A stretch of 124,000 nt of DNA from Hyalangium minutum (GTDB taxonomy: Bacteria > Myxococcota > Myxococcia > Myxococcales > Myxococcaceae), in contig NZ_JMCB01000013.1 of NCBI RefSeq assembly GCF_000737315.1, positions 20,001 through 144,000 on the forward strand, written 5' to 3'. This document shows positions 60,025 through 69,088 of the stretch, one piece after another. The notes beneath the pieces are model-generated. The model saw only the letters and a program-made list of their open reading frames with translations. It searched no databases and was not told the origin of the DNA. Within the stretch, counting starts at the first letter, position 1. Every line of letters starts with the position of its first letter. A program made the position numbers and the translations under genes.

Positions 60025-61107
60025 TCAGCGCGACGTGAAGGGCTTCACGTCGGTCTCGATGGAGTTCTGGAGCTTGCGGATGGCGACCTGCGCGGCCTCG
60101 ATCTCGTCCGCCGCGTTCGGATTCTTGATGGACTCGCGGAACGGCTCGGGGATCTTCGCGAGCGCCTCAATGGCGGCGGTGATCTCCTGGCGGATGCGGG
60201 CGTCGACCTCGGGCTTCTCGGACTTCACCAGCGCCGACAGCGTGTGCTCGCTCGGGGTCGCGCCCGGCAGGCGGCCCAGGTAGACGTTCTCCACACTGCG
60301 GATGTTGTTGGAGAAGTCAGACAGCGAGTTGTAGGCGAACTGGCTCTCCACCAGCTCCGGATCCTTCGCGTCGTACGGGTCGGCGATCTTCCCGTTCGCC
60401 ACCTCGTCCAGGATGTTGATCATGCCGCCGACCATCTCCTGGGCCGCGGTCTCCACGGAGGGATAGGCGGTGTTGCCCGCCGTGCCCGCTCCGGCCAGCA
60501 CGTCCCGGTACGGCAGGCGGCCGTCCACGGACTGGGTCCACGCGTTCGACAGCGCGGCGCCGATGTTCTTCAGCTCGGCGGAGATGGCCTTCAGGTAGTC
60601 GAACTGGCGCTGGTTGAAGTCCGACACCTTCTTGGTGCGGCCCTCGTCGAAGAGGAGGTACTCCATCGTGTGGAAGCCCTTCTGCGTCTCCTGGAGGGTG
60701 CTCACGTAGCCCGGGGTGAAGTCGTCATTGCTGGCCAGGACCGCGTCCAGGTCCGAGCGGTTCACCGGCCAGCTGTCCAGCGCCGGGTCGTAGCCGTACG
60801 AGTCCACGGGTCCGAACAGGAAGCCCTCGCTCTGCTCCCAGGGCGTGCGCGCGGCGAACCAGGCCTCCTGGGCCGCGGTGAGCTTCGCCTGAGTGGGATC
60901 GGCGATGAGTGCATTCACCGCCACATCCAGCGCGTTCAGCCGCGTGGACAGCTGCTGGTAGGTGGGTACCACCACGTCATCCGCGAGGTGGTTGATGATC
61001 TGCGGATCGAACGCGTGCTGGGACTGCTCTCCGTCATCGGCGCAGGCGGACAGCGCCAGCGCGCCGGCGAGGGTGAGGACACGGAAGGGGAGACGGGTGA
61101 GCTTCAT
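60025..61107 (-). CDS. Imelysin-family (IrpA-like) iron-regulated lipoprotein
   Basis: Lipobox LSAC; LDSWP; KGFHTMEYLLF (GxHxxE); ESQFA. Confidence 0.9.
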   Translation of the reverse strand: MKLTRLPFRVLTLAGALALSACADDGEQSQHAFDPQIINHLADDVVVPTYQQLSTRLNALDVAVNALIADPTQAKLTAAQEAWFAARTPWEQSEGFLFGPVDSYGYDPALDSWPVNRSDLDAVLASNDDFTPGYVSTLQETQKGFHTMEYLLFDEGRTKKVSDFNQRQFDYLKAISAELKNIGAALSNAWTQSVDGRLPYRDVLAGAGTAGNTAYPSVETAAQEMVGGMINILDEVANGKIADPYDAKDPELVESQFAYNSLSDFSNNIRSVENVYLGRLPGATPSEHTLSALVKSEKPEVDARIRQEITAAIEALAKIPEPFRESIKNPNAADEIEAAQVAIRKLQNSIETDVKPFTSR

Positions 61108-61134
61108 GTGAGGAACCTCCTGGGAGCGGTGAAG

Positions 61135-62547
61135 TCAGTAAGAGAAGCCGGTGGAGACACGGACTGTGTTCTCCGGACGGAAGCGTGAGGAGTCGCCGAG
61201 GCGGCGGTGGCTGAAGTCGAGCTTCCCGAAGCCCATTCCCGCCAGGGTGTACGCCGCGCCGACCGTGTAGATGGAGCGTTCAAAGCGCGCGTTGTCGAAG
61301 AGCTCCGTGCGCGGTTTCACAATCGAGTCCGCGTAGTCGAAGCGGACGTAGGGCTCGAGCCGGTGGGCCTCGCTCAGTCCCAGGCGCGGGGCGATGTCGA
61401 AGCCCAGCTCGGCCCAGACGGCCAGTGCGTGGTCGGCCACGGGCGTGCGCGGCACGTTGAGAAAGTTGGACAGACGCGCGTTGCGCGCGGAGATGGCCCC
61501 CGCGTTCTGCAAGTAGCCCCACATCGCCAGCGCCTTGGCGCGCCACGGGCCCTGCTCCAGCGACAGGTGCGCGTCCAGCAGCAGCAGCGGCGCGGACACA
61601 TAGCCGCAGGGCGCCACGTCACGCGGGTTGCCGTCCTCGCACAGCTTCAGGAGGTCCGGCTTGGGACGGTTGCGCGTCGAGTCCCCGTAGTACCCCGAAG
61701 CCCCGAAGACGAGCCCGTCGAAGCGGGTGACGTCCGCACGCAGCACGGCGGCGAGGTCCGTCGCGCGGACCATCTCGAAGCGGCGCTGGTGCCCCTCGGC
61801 CACCCAGCGCTGCGAGCTGAAGGCGGTGGAGTCCAGCCCGTTCACCACCTGCGCCGTGAGCTGCATGCCGCCCACCTTCGCGACGGCCTGCAGCCCCATC
61901 TCGTCCCACGTGTTGGGGATGATCAGCGTCTCGGCCTCCGAGCGGATCGTCCCCAGGTACTGGGTCGGGCGGTAGAACGCGCTCAGCGTCCCCACCGCCA
62001 CGTAGAAGCGCCCGAGCGACACGGCGAAGTGCTCGCCGAACTCCTTCTTCAGGTAGAGCTCCTCGATGAGGACCTCGCCGCCCTTGTCCACCTCTTGCTC
62101 GAACTCGCCGAACTCCTCGTACTCGAGCTCCATCGCCGAGCCGGTGCCGCCGTGCTCGAACTCCACCTCCACCTCGGCCTCGATCCCGTACTCGGGCAGG
62201 CCGCCCTCCACTTCCAGCACCACCCGCGTCGTGTCGAACGTCAGCCGCGAGTCCTTCTGTGCGCCGCCCTCGCGGTTCTGGTTCAGCCCGTGGTTGTAGT
62301 AGGCGAACTGCAGATCCGCGTACCCGCCGACCGCCACCTTCAGCTTCGGGCGCTTCTTCTTGTGCTCGTCCTCCTCGTCCTCGTCCCGGTCCTCGTCCTT
62401 GTGGACCTTGGCCTGACGGTACTCCTGGGCCTCGCGGCGCTCCTGGGCTTCCTTCTCTTCCTCCTCGCGCTCCTCGGCGCGGGAGACGAAGGGCGAGAAC
62501 AGGGTGACGGCACACAGCAGGGCGGAGAAGAGGATGGAGGGGCGCAT
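61135..62547 (-). CDS. Outer-membrane beta-barrel porin with acidic N-terminal segment
   Basis: Signal peptide, EFEHGG motif, amphipathic strands, C-terminal aromatic residue. Confidence 0.75.
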   Translation of the reverse strand: MRPSILFSALLCAVTLFSPFVSRAEEREEEEKEAQERREAQEYRQAKVHKDEDRDEDEEDEHKKKRPKLKVAVGGYADLQFAYYNHGLNQNREGGAQKDSRLTFDTTRVVLEVEGGLPEYGIEAEVEVEFEHGGTGSAMELEYEEFGEFEQEVDKGGEVLIEELYLKKEFGEHFAVSLGRFYVAVGTLSAFYRPTQYLGTIRSEAETLIIPNTWDEMGLQAVAKVGGMQLTAQVVNGLDSTAFSSQRWVAEGHQRRFEMVRATDLAAVLRADVTRFDGLVFGASGYYGDSTRNRPKPDLLKLCEDGNPRDVAPCGYVSAPLLLLDAHLSLEQGPWRAKALAMWGYLQNAGAISARNARLSNFLNVPRTPVADHALAVWAELGFDIAPRLGLSEAHRLEPYVRFDYADSIVKPRTELFDNARFERSIYTVGAAYTLAGMGFGKLDFSHRRLGDSSRFRPENTVRVSTGFSY

Positions 62548-62574
62548 CGATCGGCGCGCACCCTAGCCAGGAAG

Positions 62575-62603
62575 AATTTGATTTTGCAAATCGGAATCAA
62601 TTT
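62575..62603. promoter_or_regulatory. Fur-box-like AT-rich dyad upstream of the imelysin operon
   Basis: AATTTGATTTTGCAAATCGGAATCAATTT (TTGATT-N11-AATCAA; inner GATTT-TGC-AAATC). Confidence 0.6.
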
Positions 62604-62609
62604 GAGCGC

Positions 62610-62636
62610 AAAAAGCTCCCCCTGTAGCGGGGGAGC
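62610..62636 (-). terminator. Rho-independent terminator of the DUF3108 operon
   Basis: GCTCCCCC-N6-GGGGGAGC with A run on plus strand. Confidence 0.75.
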
Positions 62637-62675
62637 AGGGGAGCGAGGCCTACAGCAGGCAGCCGAGCGAGGCGG

Positions 62676-63569
62676 CTACCACTTGAGCTCTTCCTTGCCC
62701 TGGGCGCGCTTCTCCTTTTCACCAGGGCGCGAGTAGGCAGTGAGGGTGGCGCGCACGGCGCCCAGGTCGATGGTGCCCACGGCGACCAGGGGCAGGCGGC
62801 GCGCGTCGTCGGAGATCCACACGTGGATCTCGCGCTTCTGGCTGGGCCGATCCAGACGGACTGCGGTGCCGGTGAGGTACCAGGCGTCGAACTGGCCCAC
62901 GGGCAGCGAGACGCGCTCGCGCTTCACCACCGTGCCGTTCAGCCGCCACAGCCGGCGGATGCCATACACGTCGAAGCAGAGGGGCAGGCCCTCCTTCATG
63001 GGCAGCTGGCGCATGAGGTAGATGGCGCCCGCCACGTCCAAGCCGTCCTTGTCATAGGTGTAGTTGAAGTGGCCGGCTCGCTGGCCCATGACGAAGTCCA
63101 CCTTCACGGAGCGATCCTTGGCGCCGAAGGCCACGTCCACCTTGCGGCGGACCTCGTTCTCGGTGGCGTCCTCGGTGTAGCGCGAGGGCCGCAGCGTCTT
63201 CGGGTGGAGGTAGCTGGTCCCCACGCCCTGCACCCGGCGCACCTTGGAGAAGAAGGTGTTGGTCTGCGCCTCGATGGACACCGGCAGGGTGCCCTTCTCG
63301 GGGCGCTGGACGCGCATGGTCATCTTTCCGGCCTGGGCACCCAGCGCGTCCAGATCGAACTCGAGCTGCTCGCCAGGCATGAAGGCGATGGGCGTGTACA
63401 GCGCGGGCAGCGCGGCAGGGCACGCGGGCACGGGGGCGGCGGGCTCCGCCGGCGGAGCGGTGTCCTGGCCTACGGGCACCTCCTGGCCCTGAGGCTCGGG
63501 GCCGTCGGGCACCTGAGCGAAGGCGGCGGATGCGGCGAGGGCGAGGCAAGCCACGAGAACGTTGCGCAT
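62676..63569 (-). CDS. DUF3108 domain exported protein
   Basis: Signal peptide; GEQLEF, WISDDARRLP; start set at MRNVLV. Confidence 0.82.
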   Translation of the reverse strand: MRNVLVACLALAASAAFAQVPDGPEPQGQEVPVGQDTAPPAEPAAPVPACPAALPALYTPIAFMPGEQLEFDLDALGAQAGKMTMRVQRPEKGTLPVSIEAQTNTFFSKVRRVQGVGTSYLHPKTLRPSRYTEDATENEVRRKVDVAFGAKDRSVKVDFVMGQRAGHFNYTYDKDGLDVAGAIYLMRQLPMKEGLPLCFDVYGIRRLWRLNGTVVKRERVSLPVGQFDAWYLTGTAVRLDRPSQKREIHVWISDDARRLPLVAVGTIDLGAVRATLTAYSRPGEKEKRAQGKEELKW

Positions 63570-63613
63570 GGAGGTCATCCGTCTTTGGGAGATGGGCGGA
63601 GCAGCGGGTGGTT

Positions 63614-65281
63614 TCAACGTCGGACGCCAGGACGCTTCGCATATTCGGAGGCGTCCCAGCGCTTGCGCAGTTGGGCTGTCAGGTTGTGTCGGACCTGCTC
63701 CCATGTTGCGACATTCTGTTCAATTTCATAGCCCGAGCGGGCGAGCCGCCGAGCGAAGGCCCGAGCGGGCTCCGCGTCCCCAAGCCGGGCGAGCAGGTGC
63801 AGGTACTCATAGTCTTCGAGCCCATCGCGGATGTGCTTGAGGCGCAAGGACACCACGGGTTGTGGCTCCTTTGTCCCGAGGCGCTCCGGCGTGCCGGGAT
63901 AGAAGAGGGTGCCGTCGCCGTTGCCGCCGAACTCGAAGACGCCCTGCCATGGATCCTGCGTGTTGTAGGCGTAGACGGTGTCGAAATAGAGCTCGCCGTC
64001 CACACCGGTGAGGAAGGCCAGCGGCCCCATGCTGCGGTTGAGCGGGGCAGGGTGGTCCACCATATAGGAGGCCCAGCCGGTATAGGCGCGCTCCACCGCC
64101 GGATCCTCGGCGGGGCCGCCGGTGCAGCCATGGGAGTTGCAGCTCTGGTACCACCACACCCGCGTCCCGGAGCGCAGCTTCGAGCGCAGCTTGGAGAGGG
64201 GCACCACGTTCGGGCACGTCTCCAGCTCCCAGCGAGGGAAGAAGCAGTTGAGCGTGGGCGCGAGGATGTCCGCGCTGCTCTGAATGCCATCATGCAGCGC
64301 CGAAGTGACGAGCACCGGGATGTCCTTGCCTGCAGCCTTCACCCGAGAGGCCTGCGTGCGCACCAAGGCCATCTCCTCCGGCTTCGGCTCGTCTTTGGCG
64401 TAGAAGAAGAGCTGCGCGGACCAGCCCTTGCTGCGGAAATGCTCGGCGAAGGCGCGGTAGTACGCCACCTTCTCCTGCTCGGTCTTGCACTGCGAAGAGT
64501 CGCGCACGTCGGCGGTGGTGAAGCGGGCCCCCGAGGGCAGCGCGGTTCCTTCGAAGAACGGCGCCATCTCCTCGTCATACGCGCTGAAGTCCACCACCGC
64601 GCGGCCGTCCTCGAAGCGCACCGGCGGCGCGTTCATGCTCATGCCGTACGCGCTCAGGCGGTGCTGCAGCAGGGCCTTCCCGTAGGCGCGCAGCAGCGTC
64701 ATCGCCTCGGGAGACTCCGGAGCGAGCTTGTGCCCCCGGGCGATGCTGTAGAGCGAGATGCCAAAGCTCGTGGGCAGCGAGGACGTGGCGGGCAGCGCGA
64801 AGGGCTGGACCTCCACCGTGAAGGGCACTGGCGCCACCGCGCCATCGTCCGCCTTCACGCTCAGCTCACCCCGGTAGGTGCCCGGCTTCTGCTCCGTGGG
64901 CGCGCACACCTCCACGTAGAGCACAGCGGGCAGCTTGGGGTCTCCGGGCACGTTCACGGGCAGCAGTGGATCCGGCCAGAACCCCTTCGCTCCCATGCTG
65001 TTGGAGGGCGTCTTCACCTCGATGAAGCCCTCGCGCCACAGCGAGGCGGAGAGCGCGGAGCCCGGCCCCTTGAGCGTGAGCGGCTTCGCCGTCACCTGGC
65101 GGACGTTGCCGGGGAGGACCACCTGCGTGCCCTCGCACTCGCCTCGGGCCAGGCTCAGCTGGGCCTCGGTGGAGCCCTTGAGCGTGACGCCCGGCCGCAC
65201 CTTCACCAGCGGAGACACCACCTTCGGCCCCGGAGATGCCGCCAGGGCCGCCATCACCACCCACGCCCATCCCGCTCCCAT
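63614..65281 (-). CDS. GH123-like/DUF4091 glycoside hydrolase
   Basis: LARGECEGTQ, WPDPLLP, DEP, GDGTLFYPG, SLRLKHIRDGLEDYEYL. Confidence 0.82.
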   Translation of the reverse strand: MGAGWAWVVMAALAASPGPKVVSPLVKVRPGVTLKGSTEAQLSLARGECEGTQVVLPGNVRQVTAKPLTLKGPGSALSASLWREGFIEVKTPSNSMGAKGFWPDPLLPVNVPGDPKLPAVLYVEVCAPTEQKPGTYRGELSVKADDGAVAPVPFTVEVQPFALPATSSLPTSFGISLYSIARGHKLAPESPEAMTLLRAYGKALLQHRLSAYGMSMNAPPVRFEDGRAVVDFSAYDEEMAPFFEGTALPSGARFTTADVRDSSQCKTEQEKVAYYRAFAEHFRSKGWSAQLFFYAKDEPKPEEMALVRTQASRVKAAGKDIPVLVTSALHDGIQSSADILAPTLNCFFPRWELETCPNVVPLSKLRSKLRSGTRVWWYQSCNSHGCTGGPAEDPAVERAYTGWASYMVDHPAPLNRSMGPLAFLTGVDGELYFDTVYAYNTQDPWQGVFEFGGNGDGTLFYPGTPERLGTKEPQPVVSLRLKHIRDGLEDYEYLHLLARLGDAEPARAFARRLARSGYEIEQNVATWEQVRHNLTAQLRKRWDASEYAKRPGVRR

Positions 65282-65311
65282 ATCTCCACCTTCCGCGGCC
65301 AGGCCGCCCGT

Positions 65312-66094
65312 CTAGTCGTTCATCGCCATCATGCGGCCCTGCTTGTACTCGGCGAGGTCCGCCACAATGGTTCCCAGCACGAAGTCCGCCTCGATGCGCA
65401 CGGGCAGGTGGCTGCGGTCCGTCGTCAGGTAGGCCACGATGTCGCGTTTGGCCTGCAGTCCACCGGCGAACTCCGTCTGGAGCTTCAGGCGGAAGACCTC
65501 CCGCTCGCCCAGCGCCGTCTTCAGCATCTGCCGGCCTTCCACCTTGGCCTTCAGCATGAAGTGCTTCGAGCCCGTGAACACCGGATAGATGTACTCCTGG
65601 CCGTCCTGGATACCCCGGCTGCGCAGTGCGAACGTCGCGCCTGCGAGATCCATGGCACCCTCGGGCAGCTCGTGGGTGGCCTCCACGGGGGCGGCGCCCT
65701 CCTTCTGCCGGACGACGTGCGCGGTGCGCGTGTCCTTCATCTGGATGCGCTGGCGGCGGCGCTTGTTGTTCTCGTCCACGAAGAAGTCACTGCCCACCGA
65801 GCGCTGCCCCTCCTCGTGCCAGTACGAGACGAACTTATCCTTGATGGGCCACACGCCGACGACCGGGTCCGTCTTGGCCAGCGACACGATGGGCCACACC
65901 TGTTGGCCCCACTGCTTCATGGGCGCACCCACGGTGATCTGCGCCGTGCCCGCCGTCACCCCCAGGTACTGCACGCGATAGAGCGCCTGCTCTCCGGGCG
66001 CGAACGCCGGAGTCTCTGCCTGCGCCAGGGCGACACTGGAAAACATCATCCCGGACAGCAGGCCCATGAAGGCACCCTTGAACCGCGTCTGCAT
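65312..66094 (-). CDS. DUF3108 domain exported protein
   Basis: Signal peptide; GEQALYRVQYLG, YLTTDRSHLPVRIE. Confidence 0.82.
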   Translation of the reverse strand: MQTRFKGAFMGLLSGMMFSSVALAQAETPAFAPGEQALYRVQYLGVTAGTAQITVGAPMKQWGQQVWPIVSLAKTDPVVGVWPIKDKFVSYWHEEGQRSVGSDFFVDENNKRRRQRIQMKDTRTAHVVRQKEGAAPVEATHELPEGAMDLAGATFALRSRGIQDGQEYIYPVFTGSKHFMLKAKVEGRQMLKTALGEREVFRLKLQTEFAGGLQAKRDIVAYLTTDRSHLPVRIEADFVLGTIVADLAEYKQGRMMAMND

Positions 66095-66347
66095 ATTGGA
66101 CTCCCAAGGTAGGTAGCCGGACTTCCTGCCGCCAAGGTGCCCCATCCAATCCCTTCCCACTGGCGTGCAATTCCCTGGACGCGCGCACCCCCCCACCATT
66201 CAAAGGCGAGCACTCCCTGGGTAGGCAAGAGTCGCACAGACGCGCCAAGAGTGCCTACCCCCCCATCTACCGAGCGTGGAGCCAAGGGCGCGGCACTGCT
66301 AGCGTGGGCCTCACGGGATGCGGTGCGCCGCAACCCCGCAGAGGAGA

Positions 66348-66572
66348 GTGGACTCCATGCAGGACTACGGCAGCTTCGACGACGACGACGACAAGAAGGG
66401 CAAGGGCAAGTCGGGCAAGGCCATCAAGGACTGGGACTGTCCCACGTGCGAGGCCAACAACCCGACGGATGAGCCCATCAGCAACAGCTCGGAACTGCGC
66501 TGCAACTACTGCGGCAACGAGTTCACGGTGTCTTTCAGCGACACCGGCAAGATGAAGTTCAAGGAAATATAG
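66348..66572 (+). CDS. Small zinc-ribbon protein
   Basis: CPTC...CNYC; GAGGAG RBS (start GTG 66348 or ATG 66357). Confidence 0.8.
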   Translation: MDSMQDYGSFDDDDDKKGKGKSGKAIKDWDCPTCEANNPTDEPISNSSELRCNYCGNEFTVSFSDTGKMKFKEI

Positions 66573-66584
66573 AGCGCTCGGCGC

Positions 66585-67250
66585 TTACGACCGCTCGCCA
66601 AAGATGGCGGTGCCCACGCGCACCAGCGTGGCACCCTCTTCGATGGCGAGCTCGAAGTCGTGCGTCGTCCCCATGGACAGGCCCGCGAGCCCGTGCGCGC
66701 GGGCCAGCTCGCGCAGTTGCCGGAAGTAGCCGCGCGCCTGCTCCAGGTTCTCCGTGGGCGGAGGGAGCGCCATCAGCCCCTCCATTCGCAGGCCGGGCAG
66801 GGCACGCACCGCCTCCAGGAACGGCCCCAGCGCCTCGGGCTGCAGCCCGCTCTTGGTCTGCTCGCCGCCCACGTTCACCTCGGCATAGCAGGCCAAGGGA
66901 GCGTCGGCCCGGCGCTTGGAGAGCTCCTGCGCCACCTCCAGCCTGTCCAGCGCGTGGAAGGCGTGGGCCACCTTGGTCACGTACTTCACCTTGTTCGTCT
67001 GCAGCGGCCCGATGGAGTGCCAGCGCAGGCCCTCCAGGCCCGCCAGCTCTGCGGCCTTGTCCCGCAGCTCCTGCGCGTAGTTCTCCCCGAAGTCGCGCTG
67101 GCCCGCCTCGTACGCCTCGCGGATCAGCGCCGCGGGCTTGAGCTTGGACACCGCCACCAGCGTCACCGACTCCACCGGGCGCCCCGCGCGTGCGCACGCC
67201 GCGGCCACCCGGGTACGAATCTGAGACAGCCGCTCCGCCACTTCGCTCAT
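66585..67250 (-). CDS. yggS: PLP homeostasis protein YggS
   Basis: [41 protein letters not shown]. Confidence 0.96.
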   Translation of the reverse strand: MSEVAERLSQIRTRVAAACARAGRPVESVTLVAVSKLKPAALIREAYEAGQRDFGENYAQELRDKAAELAGLEGLRWHSIGPLQTNKVKYVTKVAHAFHALDRLEVAQELSKRRADAPLACYAEVNVGGEQTKSGLQPEALGPFLEAVRALPGLRMEGLMALPPPTENLEQARGYFRQLRELARAHGLAGLSMGTTHDFELAIEEGATLVRVGTAIFGERS

Positions 67251-67843
67251 GGACCCCTCCAGGGCGTGGGAACGCCCGCGCGCATCAGGAGCTCGAGAGT
67301 TTCCCCCAGCGGTAGGCCGATGACGTTGGTCGGGCTGCCCTCGATGCCGGAGACGAGGAAGCTGCCCTTTCCCTGCATTCCGTAGGCCCCTGCCTTGTCC
67401 AGGGGCTCGCCGGTGTTCGCGTACCAGTCGATCTCCCCGGCGGACAGTGTCCGGAACGTGACGCCGGTGCGCACCACCATCGACTCCTGGGCTCTGCCGG
67501 CCAGTGCTACACCCGTGTAGACGGCGTGGGTGCGGCCAGAGAGTTGGGTGAGCATCTCCCGGGCCTCGGTGGGGCTGGAGGGCTTTCCGAGCAGCTCGGT
67601 GCCCAGGGCCACGGTGGTGTCGGCCGCCAGCACCCAGGTACCTGGGAAGCGCTCGGCCACGGTTCGGGCCTTCTCCCGGGCCAGTCGGAGCACGTAGACG
67701 TCGGCGGCCTCTCCCGGAAGGGGGGTCTCGTCGATGTCCGCGGCTGCGATTGTGAAGCGCAGCCCCAACTGGGAGAGCAGATCCCGCCGCCGGGGCGAGG
67801 CGGAAGCAAGGACGAGGGACGTAGATTCCTCTAGAGTGGGCAT
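67247..67843 (-). CDS. maf: Maf family nucleotide pyrophosphatase
   Basis: [22 protein letters not shown]. Confidence 0.95.
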   Translation of the reverse strand: MPTLEESTSLVLASASPRRRDLLSQLGLRFTIAAADIDETPLPGEAADVYVLRLAREKARTVAERFPGTWVLAADTTVALGTELLGKPSSPTEAREMLTQLSGRTHAVYTGVALAGRAQESMVVRTGVTFRTLSAGEIDWYANTGEPLDKAGAYGMQGKGSFLVSGIEGSPTNVIGLPLGETLELLMRAGVPTPWRGP

Positions 67844-67894
67844 GGTGGAAGGCCTGAAGCCCTTAGCAGAACTGCGCCTCGGAGTGGACTCCCG

Positions 67895-68977
67895 ATGAAC
67901 CCCGCGGATCTCCTGTCAGCCATGAAGCGGACGGTGGAGCAGCTGGCCGCGTTCAACGAGATCGCCAAGGCGCTCACCTCCACGCTCGAGCTGAAGGAGG
68001 TGCTCAACCTCGTGATGCAGAAGGTGAGTGACCTGCTCCAGCCGCGCAACTGGTCGCTCATCCTCCTGGACGAGAACACCGGCAAGCTCTCCTTCGAGGT
68101 GGCCGTCGGCGAGGGAGCCGAGGCCCTCAAGAATCTCCAGATCCTCCCGGGCGAGGGCATCGCCGGCACGGTGTACTCCACGGGCCGGGCGCGCCTGGTG
68201 GATGACGTGGGCGGCGATCCCGCCTTTGCCCCGCGCTTCGATCAGGCCTCCGCCTTCCGCACGCGCTCCATCCTGGCCGTGCCCCTCATCGCCCGCGGGC
68301 GGGTGCTCGGCGTCATCGAGCTGGTGAACGGCCCGAGGGATCCGCCGTTCTCCCAGGACGACCTGACCACGCTCACGGCCATCGCGGACTACGCGGCCAT
68401 TGCCATCGAGAACGCGCGCAACTTCCGCCGGGTGCAGGAGCTGACGATCACCGACGAGCACACCGGCTGCTACAACGCGCGGCACCTGCGCGCGCAGCTG
68501 GATCACGAGGTGCGGCGCTCGCAGCGCTTCCACCACCCGCTGTCGTTGGTGTTCCTGGATCTGGATCACTTCAAGGCCGTCAACGACACCCACGGGCACC
68601 TGGTGGGCAGCGCGCTGCTGAAGGAGGTGGGGGAGTTGCTGATCGCCTCCACGCGCCAGCTGGATCTGGTGTTCCGCTACGGCGGCGACGAGTTCGCGCT
68701 TCTGTTGGTGGAGACGGCTCCCGAGGGCGCGATGACCATCGCCACGCGCATCCGCGATGCGTTCCGCGCCCGTCGCTTCATGCAGTCCCATGGACTGGAG
68801 ATCCGGCTGACGGCGAGCCTGGGGGTGGCCACGTTCCCGGACCATGCGCGCTCCGCCACGGATTTGGTCCGAGCGGCCGACTTCGCCATGTACGCCGCCA
68901 AGGCCCAGGGCCGGAACGAGGTGTGCCTCGCCGAGCGCCTGTCCTCGGATCCCAGCGTGACACCGCCCACACGCTGA
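67895..68977 (+). CDS. GAF-GGDEF diguanylate cyclase
   Basis: GAF domain, intact GGDEF, RQLD I-site. Confidence 0.93.
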   Translation: MNPADLLSAMKRTVEQLAAFNEIAKALTSTLELKEVLNLVMQKVSDLLQPRNWSLILLDENTGKLSFEVAVGEGAEALKNLQILPGEGIAGTVYSTGRARLVDDVGGDPAFAPRFDQASAFRTRSILAVPLIARGRVLGVIELVNGPRDPPFSQDDLTTLTAIADYAAIAIENARNFRRVQELTITDEHTGCYNARHLRAQLDHEVRRSQRFHHPLSLVFLDLDHFKAVNDTHGHLVGSALLKEVGELLIASTRQLDLVFRYGGDEFALLLVETAPEGAMTIATRIRDAFRARRFMQSHGLEIRLTASLGVATFPDHARSATDLVRAADFAMYAAKAQGRNEVCLAERLSSDPSVTPPTR

Positions 68978-69088
68978 GTGTGGAAATCCCTAAGGCTGTC
69001 CTCTGAAGAACAGAAGCGTCAGCGCGCACCGATACTCTTTCGGGCAGGCTGGGGATTCCCCCTTGTCCGGCACCGAATGCGCGCATCC

